This document shows, one piece after another, positions 60,282 to 64,000 of a stretch of 64,000 nt of DNA. A model generated the notes under the pieces. The model did not search any database. It saw only the letters and a list, made by a program, of their open reading frames with translations, and had not been told where the DNA came from. A program made the position numbers and the translations under genes. This DNA comes from Eledone cirrhosa (taxonomy: Eukaryota): assembly GCA_964016885.1 (NCBI GenBank), contig OZ024742.1, positions 69,936,001-70,000,000 on the forward strand. The letters run 5' to 3'. Every line of letters starts with the position of its first letter. The stretch's first letter is position 1.

Positions 60282-60336
60282 CCCAGCTTGTCCTCAGTCG
60301 GATGGCTGAAGAGTAAAAAAAAGTAAATATATACGG

Positions 60337-60391
<55 letters not shown>

Positions 60392-60462
60392 TGCATGTAT
60401 GTATCTATGTATGCATGTATGTATGTTTTGAATGTTTGTATGTATGTACGTCTCTCTGTGTG

Positions 60463-60495
<33 letters not shown>

Positions 60496-60757
60496 GTGTA
60501 TATATAGCTGTCCTTATTTCGTGTTAATCGGCGGTGATTAGTTTCGCAGTCGCAAACTCCAATCAATAAATATTGGTGTAATCAGAACTAAGCACTGCAC
60601 GCCAGTTTATCATTCCTAGTATGGTATTGGATCTCGCAGGTTAGTGTCCGGCAGAGTATTGGTATAAAAAATGATGTAGAAAACAATAAGGTTTTATATT
60701 ACCACATTTTTTTAAATATATGTGAAGTAAATTCTTAATACTTTCTACTTACTTCAT

Positions 60758-60893
<136 letters not shown>

Positions 60894-60958
60894 TATATAT
60901 ATGTGTGTACAAGCATACACAAACATAGCCATACACACATATACATTATATATACTTC

Positions 60959-61027
<69 letters not shown>

Positions 61028-61082
61028 GAATGTATATATATATATATATATATAAATGAATGTATATATATATATATATAAA

Positions 61083-61149
<67 letters not shown>

Positions 61150-61203
61150 GTATCAATGAGACCCTCAGACGGAAGGGTGCAACAGGTAAAAGAATAAAAA
61201 AGC

Positions 61204-61289
<86 letters not shown>

Positions 61290-61727
61290 TGTGTGTGATC
61301 ATGGAAAGTTCATCTCCCTGATTCAGGTTTGTTGTGCATGGTTTGGGGGCGGGCAGTTATCAATATATGCAGGTAGCAACTTGCTATGTCACTAATAGTG
61401 TCTAACAAAAAACAGGGCCGATAGAGTTTGGGACAGGTTGCGTCATCAGAGAGCAAAGAACTGAAAATAGATACTACAGAGTATCACGTTAGACGCTCAA
61501 ACGTCAATTCTCCACCAGGTATAGATGAAAGGTAAATTGACTTAATGAGATTTGTGTTCAGAGCTGGATGCAATACCGCAAACTATTCTATCCCATTCGA
61601 GCCTATATATTTTACCCGGATCTTGTTACCCGGAGATTTACCCATCTGCATTGTCGAGGCTTCCAAACGACTTAAAGATATTTACCTTATTATTCCACAA
61701 TGCTTCAAGCAAACTTCAATACTCTCT

Positions 61728-61862
<135 letters not shown>

Positions 61863-62244
61863 ACGCATATATATATATATACAGACAAAGAGAGAGAGAG
61901 ATGCAATGTATTATATATAAGTGTGTGTGTGTCCGTACGCATACATTTTATAGATACATACACATATACATAAGGAGAGATGAGAGGAGAGAGAAAAAGA
62001 GAGAGTGTCTGTATACATATGTGGCATATATATACATATATACACACACACACACACTCACATACATACACACATATGTTATATATATATAGACACACAA
62101 ACAGGTTATATATGTGTTTATCGCCAGCAAGGATATACTTACAGTTATTTTGCACCTTTTTCTTTACTTTACTTCTTAGTTTGATCACTTGTTAGTTACA
62201 TCTAAACTATATACACACATACCAGCATATCAATATACACACAC

Positions 62245-62320
<76 letters not shown>

Positions 62321-62705
62321 GTACACACCTACACAGACATAGATATACACCTGAGATTGTCTATGGGTATATGTATGAGTGTGTGTGTATGTGTGTATAT
62401 TATGAGTATATACTATGGAGGTATGACAACACGGGATGCTGGTCGTTCGGCTGATGGGTTTCGCTGAAACCTTTTGACAAGCTAAAACCGAGCTGTTTAC
62501 ATCTTAGATCTGCCTGCACGGATGCGATCTCGGCTCTCGTTCACCTTTTTCTTTTCCCGTCTTTCACACCTTGATAGGGGCTTATCTGCTTAGATCGGGG
62601 TATTTTGAAGGGACCCGCTGCCTCAGCTTTTATATATAGCACGGGGAAATTGTTCTCAGTTATGGGAATTATCCAATGAGCCGCTTTCATTTGCGATTTG
62701 CCATT

Positions 62706-62713
62706 ATGCGGGT
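62706..62713. promoter_or_regulatory. Consensus GCM binding site ATGCGGGT
   Basis: Exact match in a GC-richer unique island at about 62410-62740. Confidence 0.35.
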
Positions 62714-63389
62714 TCAAACTCAATAGTGCCAGACCCACCTCCTTTTTTTTTAAAGCTTAATTCCTCTTCTAGTTCCCCTATCATCCTTCCCCTTCATCTA
62801 CCTTCATATATTTGCCCACCCTCATATTCTCACCACCACCCCCTTGTTTGTTATTATTATTCTTTTATTTACACTAATCGCCAACCCCCACTACCATCAC
62901 TACTATTACCCTTTCCTCCCCCCGCCGTCTAAACCAACACTACTTCTGCCGCTCCCAACCGCTAGTCTACCACCATAACCACCACCACCACCACCACCGC
63001 TACTACTCCCCACTTCCACCACCGACACCCTCTCTACTACCAATATCACTACCCCCACCCCTACCACCACTACTAACTCTCTCACCTGCGAGTTTCAAGA
63101 AGTTTCGTTTTGTTTTACTTCTTCCAAGACTATCCCGCATCTTGATCTTTTAATGTCTTACTGACACCACCACCACCACCACCACTGGAACCCTCTCCAT
63201 CACCACCACCTCTTCCTCTCTTTCTTTACTTTTCCCACCACCATATCCAGTCAATCCTTTCCACCTTACTCCCTTTCTTTCACATTCTCAAACTCTTGCC
63301 ACTATACCACCCCCATATCTATTTATCTATCTATCTATATCTATCTCCTAATCTGTCTTTCATAACTGTTATGTATACACACGCGCGCG

Positions 63390-63433
<44 letters not shown>

Positions 63434-63445
63434 CATACATACATA

Positions 63446-63495
<50 letters not shown>

Positions 63496-63505
63496 TACAT
63501 ACATA

Positions 63506-63583
<78 letters not shown>

Positions 63584-63638
63584 TATAGATATAGATGTTT
63601 TTATCAAAGATATATAGACGGTATATATGTATATAGAA

Positions 63639-63695
<57 letters not shown>

Positions 63696-64000
63696 GAGAT
63701 AGATATATAGATATACACATACATATATATATACCTTATATACATATATTGTATATATATATATATAGGGGGGGGGATGTGTGTGTGTGTGTTTGTATAT
63801 ATATATATATATATATATACATCACTTCCTTTCGACGACAATACTCCTCCCTCTTTCCCCTCTCCTCTCACTCCTTATAATTATTCTCCCTCTCTGTTCC
63901 ATTCACTTCTCTTTATCATGATATGCACCCCTCCTCCCACTGCTACAATAACTCACCCAATTTCTCTCCTTTTTTCTCTTGTTTCGCCTTCTCCTCTCCC

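Overview
AT-rich eukaryotic DNA packed with microsatellites. The repeat families suggest an animal, probably a coleoid cephalopod such as Octopus (inference). One real protein-coding gene is visible: a minus-strand gcm (glial cells missing) transcription factor. It has five coding exons (42177-42034, 41461-41209, 40697-40483, 39937-39856, 39290-37939) with canonical GT-AG sites and matching phases, giving a 2046-nt CDS and 681 aa. Nearly all other ORFs in the track are microsatellite artefacts. The rest is repeats: many tRNA-derived SINEs, decayed RTE-type LINEs (one with a twin-priming-style 5' inversion), two mariner relics, Helitron-like and hAT-like MITEs, and satellites. The most unusual signal is a set of at least five unrelated short elements that sit in (TA)n tracts, often have inverted-duplicated ends, and carry type I hammerhead ribozyme folds with palindromic or short stem III. 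These look like Penelope-type or retrozyme-like elements. Two copies of one fold differ at nine positions, and all nine preserve base pairing.
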